A stretch of DNA of 64,000 bases from an uncultured beta proteobacterium (GCA_963734595.1 CAVTHV010000016.1:152250-216249); one strand, 5' to 3'. Shown: positions 47,974 to 58,650, numbered from the stretch's first letter. Notes: generated by a model from the sequence alone, not told the origin. A program made the numbers and translations.

Positions 47974-48402
47974 TCAGGCCGGCCTGACCTCGAGCGCGCG
48001 CAACCGCGCCGCCAGCTTGTCGAGCACGCCGTTGACGAACTTGTGGCCGTCGGTGCCGCCATAGGTCTTGGCCAGTTCGACCGCCTCGTTGATCACGACC
48101 CGGTACGGCACTTGCGGCTGGTGCATGAGCTCATAGCCCGCGAGCAGCAGGATGCCGCGCTCCACCGGGCTCAGCTCGCTGAACCTGCGATCGAGACAGG
48201 GGGCGAGCTCCCGCTCCAGTATTGCGGCATGTTCGATCGCGCCGTCGAGCAGCACCGAGAAATATTCGGTGTCGATCTTGTCGAACCCCCTGGCTTCGGC
48301 CAGCTGGGTTGCGATGGTCTTGGCATCGGTGTGCGCAAGCTGCCACTGATACAGGCCCTGCAGCGCAAATTCGCGCGAACGTCTGCGGTTGGATTTCATC
48401 AT
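47974..48402 (-). CDS. nusB: Transcription antitermination factor NusB
   Basis: RRRSREFALQGLYQW, PYRVVINEAVELAKTYGG.DGHKFVNGVLDK. Confidence 0.96.
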   Translation of the reverse strand: MMKSNRRRSREFALQGLYQWQLAHTDAKTIATQLAEARGFDKIDTEYFSVLLDGAIEHAAILERELAPCLDRRFSELSPVERGILLLAGYELMHQPQVPYRVVINEAVELAKTYGGTDGHKFVNGVLDKLAARLRALEVRPA

Positions 48403-48408
48403 TTCTCA

Positions 48409-48428
48409 ATAAACAGGATCCTGTCTAT
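48409..48428. repeat. Minimal zero-spacer palindrome of the ACAGGATT family
   Basis: ATAAACAGGATCCTGTCTAT; its halves match the family terminus ATAGACAGGAT; contains the ribH stop. Confidence 0.6.
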
Positions 48429-48895
48429 CCGATCCTTTTCAGCAAATTGGCCATCTCGATCGCCGCCAGCGCGCAATCCGCGCCCTTTTCCGCCATGCGC
48501 GCCAGCGCCTGGTCGTCGTTTTCCGTGGTCAGTATGCCGTTGGCGACCGGCACGCCGGTGTCGAGCTGCACGCTGGTGATGCCGCCCGCCGCTTCATTGG
48601 AGACGATCTCGAAATGATAGGTCTCGCCGCGGATCACCGCGCCGAGCGCGATCAGCGCGTCGTATTTCCCGCTCAACGCGAGCTTCTGCAGCGCCAGCGG
48701 CACTTCCAGCGCGCCGGGCACGGTGACGATGCACATGTCGGCTTCGCGCACGCCGTGCTTGATGAGCGCGGCGCTGCAGCTCGACAGCAGGCCCTCGCCG
48801 ATATCGATGTTGAAGCGGCTCATGACGATGGCAATGCGCAGGCCCGCGCCCCGGTGATCGGGTTCCAGCTCTTCGATATTGTCGTAATTTGACAT
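48425..48895 (-). CDS. ribH: 6,7-dimethyl-8-ribityllumazine synthase
   Basis: [33 protein letters not shown]. Confidence 0.96.
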   Translation of the reverse strand: MSNYDNIEELEPDHRGAGLRIAIVMSRFNIDIGEGLLSSCSAALIKHGVREADMCIVTVPGALEVPLALQKLALSGKYDALIALGAVIRGETYHFEIVSNEAAGGITSVQLDTGVPVANGILTTENDDQALARMAEKGADCALAAIEMANLLKRIG

Positions 48896-48910
48896 AATCC
48901 GTTGTTTTAA

Positions 48911-50011
48911 TTAATGTTTTTCAGTCGGCTGCAGATAGCCGGTCACTTCGAGGTCGAAACCCGTCATGCTCGGCATGCGGCGCGGCAATGCCAGCAGGCG
49001 CATTTTCCTGACCTTGAGATCCCGCAGGATCTGCGCGCCGATGCCGTAGTTCCTGAGCGCGATTTTCGACGGTTTCGCGTCCGCGCGCTGCGGCTTGGCG
49101 CGCTCGAGCAGCTCCGCCGCAGTCTCCAGCTGGTGCAGCAGCACGATCACGCCGCAATCGGCGCGGCTGATGGTCGCGAGCGCATCGTTGAAGTTCCACG
49201 AGTGGCTGGTGCTGCCGGTATCCAGGAGATCGATCACCGACAGCGGCTCGTGCACGCGCACCAGCACTTCCTTGCCGCCATCCGGCTTGCCTTTCACCAG
49301 CGCGAGGTGGGTCGCGTTGCCGACCTTGTCGCTGTAGGCGTACAGCCGGAAGCGGCCATGAATGGTCTCGATATCGCGTTCGGTGACGCGGGTGACCAGC
49401 GACTCGGTGCTGCTGCGGTAGTGGATCAGGTCGGCGATGGTGCCGATTTTGAGCTGGTGTTGCGCGGCAAACACCTCGAGATCCGGCAGGCGCGCCATCT
49501 CGCCGTTGTCCTTGAGGATTTCGCAGATCACCGCGGCCGGCATCACGCCGGCCAGCCGCGCCAGATCGCAGCCCGCCTCGGTATGTCCGGCGCGCACCAG
49601 CACCCCGCCGTCCTGCGCCATCAGCGGAAAAATGTGGCCCGGCTGCACGATGTCGCGCGGGCCGGCGTCGGCGCGGATCGCCGCCTGCACCGTGCGTGCG
49701 CGATCGGCGGCAGAAATGCCGGTGGTCACGCCTTCCGCGGCCTCGATCGACACCGTGAAATTGGTGCCGAGCGGCGAGCGGTTATTGGAGACCATCAGCG
49801 GCAGGTTGAGGTCGCGGCAGCGCTCTTCGGTGAGCGTGAGGCAGATGAGCCCCCTGCCGTAGCGCGCCATGAAGTTGATCGCTTCGGGCGTCACGGCTTC
49901 CGCCGCCATCAACAGGTCGCCTTCGTTCTCGCGGTCTTCCTCGTCGACGAGCACGACCATTTTTCCGGCCTTGAACTCGGCGATGATTTCCGTAATCGGG
50001 CTGATGGCCAT
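48911..50011 (-). CDS. ribB: DHBP synthase fused to a degenerate GTP cyclohydrolase II-like domain
   Basis: DEEDRENEGD, GRGLIC, TTGISAADRA, RAGHTEA; C-terminal VRVHEP lacks the zinc-binding Cys residues. Confidence 0.9.
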   Translation of the reverse strand: MAISPITEIIAEFKAGKMVVLVDEEDRENEGDLLMAAEAVTPEAINFMARYGRGLICLTLTEERCRDLNLPLMVSNNRSPLGTNFTVSIEAAEGVTTGISAADRARTVQAAIRADAGPRDIVQPGHIFPLMAQDGGVLVRAGHTEAGCDLARLAGVMPAAVICEILKDNGEMARLPDLEVFAAQHQLKIGTIADLIHYRSSTESLVTRVTERDIETIHGRFRLYAYSDKVGNATHLALVKGKPDGGKEVLVRVHEPLSVIDLLDTGSTSHSWNFNDALATISRADCGVIVLLHQLETAAELLERAKPQRADAKPSKIALRNYGIGAQILRDLKVRKMRLLALPRRMPSMTGFDLEVTGYLQPTEKH

Positions 50012-50027
50012 TTTCTTCCAGATTCTT

Positions 50028-50626
50028 TCAGATGCCGCCGTCAAACTGCCGCAGGCGCTCGGCGTAGCGCGCCAGCAGGTCGGCTTCGAGGTTGACCCGG
50101 TCGCCGGTTTTCAACTGCCGCAGGTTGGTGGCCTGCAGCGTGTGCGGAATCAGATTGACCCTGAATTCGACGTCATTCACCTCGTTGACCGTGAGGCTCA
50201 CGCCGTTGACCGCGACCGAACCCTTGCGCGCGATGTATTTCGCGAGCTCGCGCGGCGCGGCGATCGCGAGCAGCCGGTTGTCGCCAACGGCTTCGCAGCG
50301 CGTCACCGTCCCGACCCCGTCGACATGGCCGCCCACCAGGTGCCCGCCCAGCCGGTCCGCCAGGCGCAACGCCTTTTCGAGATTGACGCTGCCCCGCGGC
50401 GCAAAACCCGCAGTGCAGGTCAGCGTTTCCTGCGACACGTCCGCCGCGAACCCTGCCGGGCGCAGCTCGACCACCGTCAGGCACACGCCATTGACCGCGA
50501 TACTGTCGCCGACGGCCACATCGTCGAGTCGCAGTGCCGCCGGCGTCGACAACCAGCCGCAGGCCGCCCGGCGCCGGTGTTGACGCCGGAGATTTCTCCC
50601 ACCGCAGCGATGATCCCGGTGAACAT
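50028..50626 (-). CDS. ribE: Riboflavin synthase alpha chain (frameshift near 50560)
   Basis: MFTGII start overlapping the ribD stop; GDSIAVNGVCLTV, VNLEKAL, LGGHLV.GHVD, KGSVAVNGVSLTV. Confidence 0.93.
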
Positions 50627-51718
50627 TATACTTTTACCGCTCTCGCAATCACACGAATATCGTCGCCCACCATGCGCAAATCATGGATTTTCAGCTGGTG
50701 GCGGCCGCCCAGATCCTCGAGACGGGGCAGATCGAACATGCCGCGCGCGGCGTCGCCGATCAGATGCGGCGCAAGATACAGCACCAGTTCGTCGACCAGC
50801 CCTTCCCTGAGCAGTGACCCATTCAGCTTGAAGCCGGCTTCGACATGCACCTCGTTGATCCCGCGGCGGCCGAGTTCGCGCATCAGCTCGCCGAGTTCGA
50901 CCTTGCCCGCGGCATTCGGCAACACCACGACTTCCGCGCCTTTGTCCCGCAGCGCACGCTCCCTCGCATCGTCGCGCACCGCCGCCGCCACCAGCGCACC
51001 GCCGCCGGCCAGCGCTTTTGCGGCGGGCGGCGTCTCCAGCCTGCTGTCGACGATGACGCGCAGCGGCTGGCGCGGCGTCGCGACGTCGCGCACGGTCAAC
51101 TGCGGATCGTCGTCCCTGACGGTGCCGATGCCGGTCAGCACGGCGCAGGCACGGGCACGCCACTCGTGGCCGTCGCGGCGCGCGGCGGCGCCGGTCAGCC
51201 ATTGGCTGCGGCCGTTCATGAGCGCGGTCTTGCCGTCGAGGCTGGCCGCGATCTTCAGCCTGACCCACGGCCGGCCGCGCGTCATGCGCGACACGAACCC
51301 GATATTGAGTTCGCGCGCTTCGGTTTCGAGGATGCCGGACTCGGCGGCGATTCCCGCGCCTGTTCAATGCCGCCAGCCCCTTGCCCGCCACCTGCGGATT
51401 CGGGTCCGGCATCGCCGCCACCACGCGCGACACCCGGGCGGCGATCAGCGCATCGGTGCACGGCGGGGTGCGGCCGTGGTGCACGCAGGGCTCGAGCGAA
51501 ACATACGCGGTCGCGCCCGCAGCCTGTGCGCCGGCGACGGCCAGCGCGTTGATCTCGGCATGCGGCGCGCCGGCTTTCTCGTGCCAGCCCTCGCCCACCA
51601 CTTTTTCGCCGCGCACGATCACGCATCCCACGCGCGGATTGGGCGCGGTGGTGTAGAGCCCCTTGTGCGCCAGCTCCAGCGCCCGGGCCATGTAACGGTG
51701 ATCGTCAGCAGTGAACAT
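50626..51718 (-). CDS. ribD: Diaminohydroxyphosphoribosylaminopyrimidine deaminase/reductase (frameshift near 51360)
   Basis: PNPRVGC, HAE, LEPC.HHGRTPPC; KIAASLDG.TA, DDPQLTVR, VEAG. Confidence 0.94.
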
Positions 51719-51724
51719 AAGATT

Positions 51725-51893
51725 GATTTAGCCGCCAAGGCGCCAAGACGCCAAGAAAATCGGAAGAGACAAGATAAGATAATGGAAAGCACGGGCCGAG
51801 TCATTTGAGTATCAGAATGTTGCGCGTGCCTCTCCGGATTCTTGATTCTCTGTTGAATTTCTTGGCGTCTTGGCGGCCTTGGCGGCTCAAATC
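51725..51893. repeat. Inverted CGCCAAG-family cassette
   Basis: GATTTAGCCGCCAAGG-CGCCAAGA-CGCCAAGAAA, ~100 bp spacer, TTGAATTTCTTGGCG-TCTTGGCG-GCCTTGGCGGCTCAAATC. Confidence 0.92.
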
Positions 51894-52360
51894 TACTTCT
51901 TGCCAGCGGCGGGTTTGCGCACTTCCTTGATCGCATCCTGGAAATCGTCGATGCCTTCGAAGCTCTTGTACACCGACGCGAAGCGGATGTAGGCCACCTG
52001 GTCGAGCCGGCGCAGCTCGCGCATCACCATCTCGCCGATGCGGCGCGACATGATTTCGCGCTCGCCGAGCGAAAGCACCTCCTGCGTGATGGTCGCGATC
52101 GACTCGTCGACCATCTGCGTCGGCACCGGCCGCTTGTGCAGCGCGCGCATGAAACTCGTGCGCAGCTTGTCCAGATCGAATTCGGTGCGGCTGCCGTCCT
52201 GCTTGACGACCTGCGGCATGTGCAGCTCGACCGTCTCGTAGGTGGTGAAGCGCTTGTTGCAGCCGGTACAGCGCCGGCGGCGGCGTATGCTCTCGCCGTC
52301 GTCGCTCACCCGCGAGTCGATCACCTGCGTGTCGTCGGATTTGCAGAACGGGCACTTCAT
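51893..52360 (-). CDS. nrdR: Transcriptional regulator NrdR
   Basis: MKCPFC...V.DSR...IRRRR.C..C.KRFTTYE, ATP cone, [12 protein letters not shown]. Confidence 0.96.
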   Translation of the reverse strand: MKCPFCKSDDTQVIDSRVSDDGESIRRRRRCTGCNKRFTTYETVELHMPQVVKQDGSRTEFDLDKLRTSFMRALHKRPVPTQMVDESIATITQEVLSLGEREIMSRRIGEMVMRELRRLDQVAYIRFASVYKSFEGIDDFQDAIKEVRKPAAGKK

Positions 52361-52364
52361 GCTC

Positions 52365-52456
52365 GAGGGATGAGGGATGAGGGATGAAGGATGAGGGATG
52401 AGAAGCACGAACCGCTCCCGGATTTCGCCTCACCCCTCACGCCTGACGCCTCATCC
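52365..52456. repeat. Inverted heptamer cassette, GAGGGAT family
   Basis: GAGGGAT x3, GAAGGAT, GAGGGAT ... CCTCACC-CCTCACG-CCTGACG-CCTCATC; the glyA stop lies in the right arm. Confidence 0.92.
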
Positions 52457-53704
52457 TGCCTTTCCATATACGGGGAACTTGTCGCACAGTTTCTTCACTT
52501 CGCCCGTCACGCGCTTGATCACCTTCTCGTCCTGCGGCGCGTCGATGACGTCGGCGATCAGATTGGCGAGCGTCTCGGCTTCGGGTTCTTTGAAACCCCG
52601 CGTCGTCATCGCCGGCGAGCCGAGGCGGATGCCGCTGGTCACCGTCGGCTTCTGCGGATCGTTGGGCACCGAGTTCTTGTTGACCGTGATGTTCGCGCGT
52701 CCGAGCACTGTTTCCGCCTCGCGCCCGGTCAGCTTGCCGCGCAGATCGACCAGGAACATGTGGCAATCGGTGCGGCCCGAAACGATGCGCAGGCCGCGTT
52801 CCTGCAGCGCCTTGGCCATCACGCGCGCATTGTCGAGCACCTGCTCCTGATAAAGCTTGAATTCATGCGTCATCGCTTCCTTGAGGGCGACCGCCTTGGC
52901 CGCGATCACGTGCATCAGCGGGCCGCCCTGCGTGCCCGGGAATATCGCCGAGTTGAGCACTTTTTCGTGCCCGGCACCGGCGAGTATCATGCCGCCGCGC
53001 GGGCCGCGCAGCGTCTTGTGGGTGGTGGTGGTCACGAAATCGGCGATGCCCACCGGACTCGGATAAAGGCCCGCGGCGACCAGTCCGGCGTAGTGCGCCA
53101 TGTCGGCCATCAGCAGCGCGCCGACGCGGTCGGCGATGGCGCGGAAGCGTTTCCAGTCGATCGCCAGCGAATAGGCCGAAGCGCCGGCAATGATGAGCTT
53201 GGGCTTGTGCACATGCGCGAGCTCCTCGACGTCGGCATAGTCGATTTCCTCGGTGTCGAGATTGAGCCCGTAGCCCACCGCGCTGTAGTATTTGCCGCTC
53301 ATGTTCACCGGGGAGCCGTGGGTGAGGTGCCCGCCGGCGTCGAGCGACATGCCGAGGATCACGTCCCCGGGGCGCAGCACGGCGGCATAGACCGCCTGAT
53401 TGGCTTGCGCGCCGGAATGCGGCTGCACGTTGGCGTAACCGGCATGGAAAAGTTTCTTCGCGCGATCGATCGCGAGCTGCTCCGCGATATCGACGAATTC
53501 GCAGCCGCCGTAATAGCGCTTGCCCGGATAACCTTCGGCGTACTTGTTGGTCAGCACCGAACCCTGGGCCTGCAACACGCGCGGGCTCGCGTAGTTTTCC
53601 GACGCGATCAGCTCGATGTGGTCTTCCTGACGCCGGTTCTCCTGTTCGATGGCATGCCAGAGTTCCGGATCGAAACCTGCGATGGTGTCTTTGCTCGAGT
53701 ACAT
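52451..53704 (-). CDS. glyA: Serine hydroxymethyltransferase
   Basis: [48 protein letters not shown]. Confidence 0.97.
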   Translation of the reverse strand: MYSSKDTIAGFDPELWHAIEQENRRQEDHIELIASENYASPRVLQAQGSVLTNKYAEGYPGKRYYGGCEFVDIAEQLAIDRAKKLFHAGYANVQPHSGAQANQAVYAAVLRPGDVILGMSLDAGGHLTHGSPVNMSGKYYSAVGYGLNLDTEEIDYADVEELAHVHKPKLIIAGASAYSLAIDWKRFRAIADRVGALLMADMAHYAGLVAAGLYPSPVGIADFVTTTTHKTLRGPRGGMILAGAGHEKVLNSAIFPGTQGGPLMHVIAAKAVALKEAMTHEFKLYQEQVLDNARVMAKALQERGLRIVSGRTDCHMFLVDLRGKLTGREAETVLGRANITVNKNSVPNDPQKPTVTSGIRLGSPAMTTRGFKEPEAETLANLIADVIDAPQDEKVIKRVTGEVKKLCDKFPVYGKAG

Positions 53705-53736
53705 GGGTGCCTGCGTCCGATCGGCTAAATTGTTGA

Positions 53737-53745
53737 TTTTACCAT
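53737..53745 (-). promoter_or_regulatory. Putative extended -10 promoter of glyA
   Basis: Minus strand TGGTAAAAT (TGnTAnnnT) about 33 nt upstream of the ATG. Confidence 0.4.
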
Positions 53746-53925
53746 GCTTAACGCCAACCGGTCGCCTGTGGCCCGGCTCGCTGTAACAGTGGGGAAAGCC
53801 TGCTCATGCCGTCGCAGACACCTCGCCAAAACAGGGATCGCGGCGCCCGGCGGGCCCCGGTGTTTTTGCGCGACGCTCGCCTTGCCACGTATGATTGGCA
53901 CCCAAGCCGCGATCAAGGAGTTTGC

Positions 53926-54465
53926 ATGAAGTTTTTTCTGGCGTTGTCGCGCCTGATCGACGCCCTCAACGAACGTGTCGGCCACGCCACGGGCTGGCTG
54001 GTGCTGGCCGCGGTGCTGGTCAGCGCCGGCAATGCCGCCGTCCGCTATTCGTTCAACCTGAGTTCCAACGCGTGGCTCGAAATCCAGTGGTATCTGTTTT
54101 CGGCGGTGTTCCTGCTCGGCGCCGGCTACACGCTCAAGCGCAACGAGCACGTGCGCATCGACGTCATCGCCGGCAGGCTGTCCAGGCGCGCCCAGGCGTG
54201 GGTCGACATATTCGGCGCACTGCTGTTCCTGCTGCCGATGGCCGTGATCATCATGGTCCTGTCGTGGCCGATGTTCATGCAGGCGTACACCGGCCATGAA
54301 ATCTCGAGCGACGCGGGCGGGCTGATCCGCTGGCCGGTGAAACTGCTGATCCCGGCCGGCTTCGCCCTGCTGGTGTTGCAGGGTGTTTCTGAAATCATCA
54401 AACGCATTGCGTTCCTGCGCGGCATCACCGCCGAACCCGCAGGCGAGAAACGGGTAAACGGCTGA
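53926..54465 (+). CDS. TRAP transporter small permease DctQ
   Basis: SNAWLEIQWYLF, GYTL..NEHVRID, SSDAGGL.RWP.K. Confidence 0.92.
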   Translation: MKFFLALSRLIDALNERVGHATGWLVLAAVLVSAGNAAVRYSFNLSSNAWLEIQWYLFSAVFLLGAGYTLKRNEHVRIDVIAGRLSRRAQAWVDIFGALLFLLPMAVIIMVLSWPMFMQAYTGHEISSDAGGLIRWPVKLLIPAGFALLVLQGVSEIIKRIAFLRGITAEPAGEKRVNG

Positions 54466-55937
54466 TGGCGCACGAGATGATGGCGCCGCTCATGTTCGGC
54501 GCGCTGGTGGTGTTCCTGCTGTTCGGTTATCCCGTCGCTTTTTCCCTCGCCGCCAACGGCATTTTTTTCGGGCTGGTCGGCATCGAAATGGGACTGCTCG
54601 GGCCGGAACTGCTGCAGGCGCTGCCCGAGCGCGTCTACGGCATCATGCGCAACGACACGCTGCTCGCGATCCCGTTCTTCACCTTCATGGGGCTGATCCT
54701 CGAGCGCAGCGGCATGGCCGAGGATCTGCTCGACACCATAGGGCAGCTGTTCGGCACGATACGCGGCGGCCTCGCCTATGCGGTGGTGTTCGTCGGCGCG
54801 CTGCTCGCCGCCACCACCGGCGTGGTCGCGGCCTCGGTCATTTCGATGGGATTGATTTCGCTGCCGATCATGCTGCGCTACGGCTATTCGCCGCGCCTGG
54901 CATCGGGCGTGATCGCGGCCTCGGGCACGCTCGCCCAGATCATCCCGCCGAGCCTGGTGTTGATCGTGCTGGCAGACCAGCTCGGCAAATCGGTCGGCGA
55001 CATGTACCGGGGCGCGTTCGTTCCCGGCCTCACGCTCGCGGCGCTCTACATGGGCTACGTGCTGGTGGTCTCGTTCGCCAGGCCGGCCGCCGTGCCGGCG
55101 CTGCCGCCGCAGGCGCGCACGTTGCGGGGTGCGGCACTCGCCCGCCGCGTGGTGACGTCGCTGCTGCCGCCGCTCACGCTGATCTTCCTGGTGCTGGGCA
55201 CGATTTTCATGGGCGTCGCCACGCCGACCGAGGGCGGCGCCATGGGCGCAACCGGCGCGCTCGTGCTGGCGCTGGCGCGGCGCCGGCTCGATTTCAATCT
55301 GCTCAGACAGGCCATGGACTCGACCGCCAGGCTCACCAGTTTCGTGATTTTCATTCTGGTCGGCTCCACCGTGTTCGGCCTCATTTTCCGCGCGGTCGAC
55401 GGCGACCTGTGGGTGGAGAACCTGCTCGTGAATCTGCCGGGCGGCGCGATGGGGTTCCTGATCGTCGTCAACCTCCTGGTGTTCGTGCTCGCCTTTTTTC
55501 TCGATTTTTTCGAGATCGCGTTCATCCTGATCCCGCTGCTCGCGCCGGTGGCCGCCAAGCTCGGCATCGACCTCGTCTGGTTCGGCGTGATGCTGGGCAT
55601 CAACATGCAGACTTCGTTCATGCATCCGCCGTTCGGATTCGCGCTGTTCTACCTGAGGAGCGTGGCACCGCGCGAAGTGAAGACCTCGGACATCTACTGG
55701 GGAGCGATTCCCTTCGTCATCATCCAGCTTGCCATGGTGGCGCTGGTGATCGCCTTTCCGTCGTTCGTCACGGGCACGATCAGCGCAGAGACGCCCAAAG
55801 ACACATCCAATGTCGAGATCCGGATTCCCGCCCCGGGGCAGGAAAAAGACAAACGCGGCGAATCGAAAGGCGGCGCTTCATCCCCCGAGGACAAAACCGA
55901 CGCCGCAATCGAACGCATGCTGCGCGAAGGAAAATGA
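54465..55937 (+). CDS. TRAP transporter large permease DctM
   Basis: GYPVAFSL, LLAIPFFTFMG, SGTLAQIIPPS, NMQTSFMHPPFGFALFYL. Confidence 0.93.
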   Translation: MAHEMMAPLMFGALVVFLLFGYPVAFSLAANGIFFGLVGIEMGLLGPELLQALPERVYGIMRNDTLLAIPFFTFMGLILERSGMAEDLLDTIGQLFGTIRGGLAYAVVFVGALLAATTGVVAASVISMGLISLPIMLRYGYSPRLASGVIAASGTLAQIIPPSLVLIVLADQLGKSVGDMYRGAFVPGLTLAALYMGYVLVVSFARPAAVPALPPQARTLRGAALARRVVTSLLPPLTLIFLVLGTIFMGVATPTEGGAMGATGALVLALARRRLDFNLLRQAMDSTARLTSFVIFILVGSTVFGLIFRAVDGDLWVENLLVNLPGGAMGFLIVVNLLVFVLAFFLDFFEIAFILIPLLAPVAAKLGIDLVWFGVMLGINMQTSFMHPPFGFALFYLRSVAPREVKTSDIYWGAIPFVIIQLAMVALVIAFPSFVTGTISAETPKDTSNVEIRIPAPGQEKDKRGESKGGASSPEDKTDAAIERMLREGK

Positions 55938-55979
55938 CCGCGCATTGTTCGACCCGGGCCGCGTGTCGCCCGGGGAACG

Positions 55980-56939
55980 TCAGAAATGCGTGCTCAGCCC
56001 CGCGACGGCCGACCAGTCCGCCGTCAACTGCACGCCGTTCACATACTGGTAGAGCGGTTTCTGGATGAAACCGTACACCTGAAAACTTTTTGTCACGGCA
56101 TAGCTGATGCCGGGACTCAGAAACAGGAACTTGCCGCCGCTGTCCTCCGGCTCGGCCTGCAGCCCGCTGTCTCTTGCCCCGGTGCAGCGCATTCAGCTGG
56201 ATCATGAGCCCGATTTTCTCCGTCGCCTCGTAGCGATAACCCACGTCGAACGACACGCGCTGCCCGGGCCGGTAATCCTCCCTGCTGTTCAGCGGTGATT
56301 GCAGCGAGGCCCTGCACAAACCAGGAGGAACCGGAATTCGGCAGCACCTGGTTGTAGTAAGCACCCAGCAGCAGGTCCGTCGTGCCGGTGCCGGGCTGCA
56401 GGGTGCGCTCCGCCCGCTCGCCATCGGCGTTGCGCAGATCGCGGTCACCCGTCGGCAATTTAAGGCCGAAATTGAACCCATAAAAGCCCAACGACAGTTT
56501 CTCCTGGTTTTCGGACCGCAGTTGATAACGCCCGAGCACGCGCGCATCGCCCAGGCGCGTGAAGTCCCATTGCTCCGGCGCGCCGCTGTCGCTTTGAATG
56601 TGAGTGTGAAAGCGGTCGGAAACCGGCGCGGTGGCCGAGACGCCCCATTGCTCGTTGATGGTGTAATCGAGCGTGCCGAGATAATTTCTGTTGATGGTCT
56701 TCAGTTCATCGTGATCGCGGGGGACCTGTCCGACCACCACCTTGTCGCTGCCCGCCATGGGCTGGTCCTGGTTGATGTATTCATAGCGCAGATCAAGGCG
56801 CCATCCCGGTTCCGCCGCCAGGCCATGCAGGTTCCAGTTGGTATTGACCGCGCAGAATGCCGAACCGCATGACGCATGCAACGCGGCGCTCCACAAAGTG
56901 AAGGACAGCCGCCAGTATCGTGATGAATTTCAATTTCAT
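55980..56939 (-). CDS. Outer-membrane beta-barrel protein with N-terminal CxxxC motif (frameshifted; putative metal uptake)
   Basis: Signal peptide then ASCGSAFC; LGD..VLGRY, GLKLPTG, LQPGTGTTD, PLYQYVNG.QL, C-terminal F. Confidence 0.7.
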
Positions 56940-57042
56940 GTTCTTTCCTGTTCCGGATCGAAAACACCTCACGGGGCAAAAAAATTCCCGGCCCCGCATG
57001 TAAGGCTGATAGCCGCGGTATACCGCGGATTTGGCGGATGAA

Positions 57043-57426
57043 TCAGGAAAGAACAGGAGGAGCACGGGCGGCGCCCGGCAGAAACGACACCAGGTTCCGC
57101 AGGCTGACTGCATGCGAAACCGGTTTGATATGACCTAAGCCGTACTCCGGCGGGACGCCGATCGATACGGCAGGCGGCGGCGCAATGCCACCGGCAGTGG
57201 CAGTGCAAAATGCGCAATGCGGAACCCGGTGTTGCGCATCGGGTGCGGCAGGCCCATCGCCCACCGGCGCCATGAGCCTGGCGCCGCCGATGGTGCAGAT
57301 CTCGTGGAGGATCTGCGGCGGCTGCCCCGGGCTGGCGGCAGCGGCCAGCGGCCATAACGCCTGAAACGATATGCCGGCCAGGGCCAGCCATACGGCAAAC
57401 AATTTGCGGTAGCGACGGTTAAACAT
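57043..57426 (-). CDS. DUF2946 (CruR/CutF-like) leader protein
   Basis: N-terminal hydrophobic segment, EICT..G, HCAFC (CxxC), C-terminal ARAPP. Confidence 0.82.
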   Translation of the reverse strand: MFNRRYRKLFAVWLALAGISFQALWPLAAAASPGQPPQILHEICTIGGARLMAPVGDGPAAPDAQHRVPHCAFCTATAGGIAPPPAVSIGVPPEYGLGHIKPVSHAVSLRNLVSFLPGAARAPPVLS

Positions 57427-57496
57427 GGCCGCGTTTTATCATCGATCCGGCCGCCCGATCAACGCCGAAACTATTGCAGCGCCGACAATCGGCACG

Positions 57497-58597
57497 CTAT
57501 TTCTTGCCGGGCCGGGCTGAGGCGGCGCTGTACATGAAGTTGTCGTAGCTGTTTTCCGCAATGCGGAACCACAGGAACTCGTCGTCGCGGAACTTGCGCC
57601 ACGGCTCGTAGATTTTCTTGAACTCCGGGTACTTGGCGCCGAGTTCGTCGTACAGCTCGTACGCGACCTTGAGGCACGCTTCCATCACCGGGCGCGGGAA
57701 TGCCCGCAACTGCGCGCCGGCGGCCACCAGCTTGCGCAGCGCTTCGGTGTTCTTCGCATCGTATTTGGCGACCATGTGGATATTGGCCTCGGCACACGCG
57801 GTCTCGAGCGCCTCCTGGTAACTCTTCGGCAGCGACTGCCACTGCTTGATGTTCACATAGACGGAAAGCTGCGCCGAGCCCTCCCACCAGCCGGGATAGT
57901 AGTAGTACTTCGCGACCTTGTTGAGGCCGAGCTTCTCGTCGTCGTACGGCCCGACCCATTCCGCCGCGTCTATCGTGCCGCGCTCGAGCGCCGGATAGAT
58001 GTCGCCGCCGCCGATCTGCTGCGGCACCACGCCCAGGCGCGCCAGGATCTGGCCGGCCAGCCCGGGGATGCGCATCTTGAGCCCCTTCAGATCGGCCACC
58101 GATTTGATTTCCTTGCGATACCAGCCCGCCATCTGGGTGCCGGTGTTGCCGCACGGAAAATTGATGATGTTGTGGGCTTTGAACAGCTCGCGCGTCAGCT
58201 CCATGCCGCCGCCGTAATACATCCACGCGTTCTGCTGGCGGCAGTTCATGCCGAACGGCAGCGCCGTGTCGAAGGCAAACGCCGGATTCTTGCCGACGTA
58301 GTAATAGCTCGCCGTCTGCCCGCACTCGACCGTGCCGTTCTGCACCGCGTCGAGCACCTGCAGGGGGGGCACGATTTCCCCGCCGGCGAAGACGCGGATC
58401 TCGAACTTGCCATCCGTCAACCGCGACACGCGGCCGGCGATCTGCTCGGCGATGCCGAACAGGGCATCGAGGCTCTTCGGAAAACTCGACGCCATGCGCC
58501 AGCGGATCTGCGGCTGGGTTTGCGCGATCGCCGGCGCGGCGACGGTGCCCGCCGCAAGGCCGAGCCCGGTTTTTTTCAGGAAATCACGTCTTTTCAT
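57497..58597 (-). CDS. TRAP substrate-binding protein DctP (TakP-like, Tat signal)
   Basis: MKRRDFLK, SSFPKSLD, GNTG.QM.GW, D..EWVGPYDDEKLG, YYPGWWE. Confidence 0.93.
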   Translation of the reverse strand: MKRRDFLKKTGLGLAAGTVAAPAIAQTQPQIRWRMASSFPKSLDALFGIAEQIAGRVSRLTDGKFEIRVFAGGEIVPPLQVLDAVQNGTVECGQTASYYYVGKNPAFAFDTALPFGMNCRQQNAWMYYGGGMELTRELFKAHNIINFPCGNTGTQMAGWYRKEIKSVADLKGLKMRIPGLAGQILARLGVVPQQIGGGDIYPALERGTIDAAEWVGPYDDEKLGLNKVAKYYYYPGWWEGSAQLSVYVNIKQWQSLPKSYQEALETACAEANIHMVAKYDAKNTEALRKLVAAGAQLRAFPRPVMEACLKVAYELYDELGAKYPEFKKIYEPWRKFRDDEFLWFRIAENSYDNFMYSAASARPGKK

Positions 58598-58650
58598 ATT
58601 CTCCTCCTAGCTCGAACGAATTGAATGACTGCGATGAACAACGAAGATCT

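Noticed and set aside
48911-50011. Catalytically dead GTP cyclohydrolase II domain fused to RibB
   Set aside because: Real, but a known and common RibBX-type arrangement in Proteobacteria.
51719-51892. FMN riboswitch upstream of ribD
   Set aside because: No RFN core motifs; the gap is filled by a CGCCAAG repeat cassette.
53705-53925. ZTP or SAH riboswitch upstream of glyA
   Set aside because: The ZTP hallmarks (GACUGGCG...CGCCUGGGC) are not found, and a likely promoter lies only ~33 nt from the start. An Rfam/Infernal scan would settle it.
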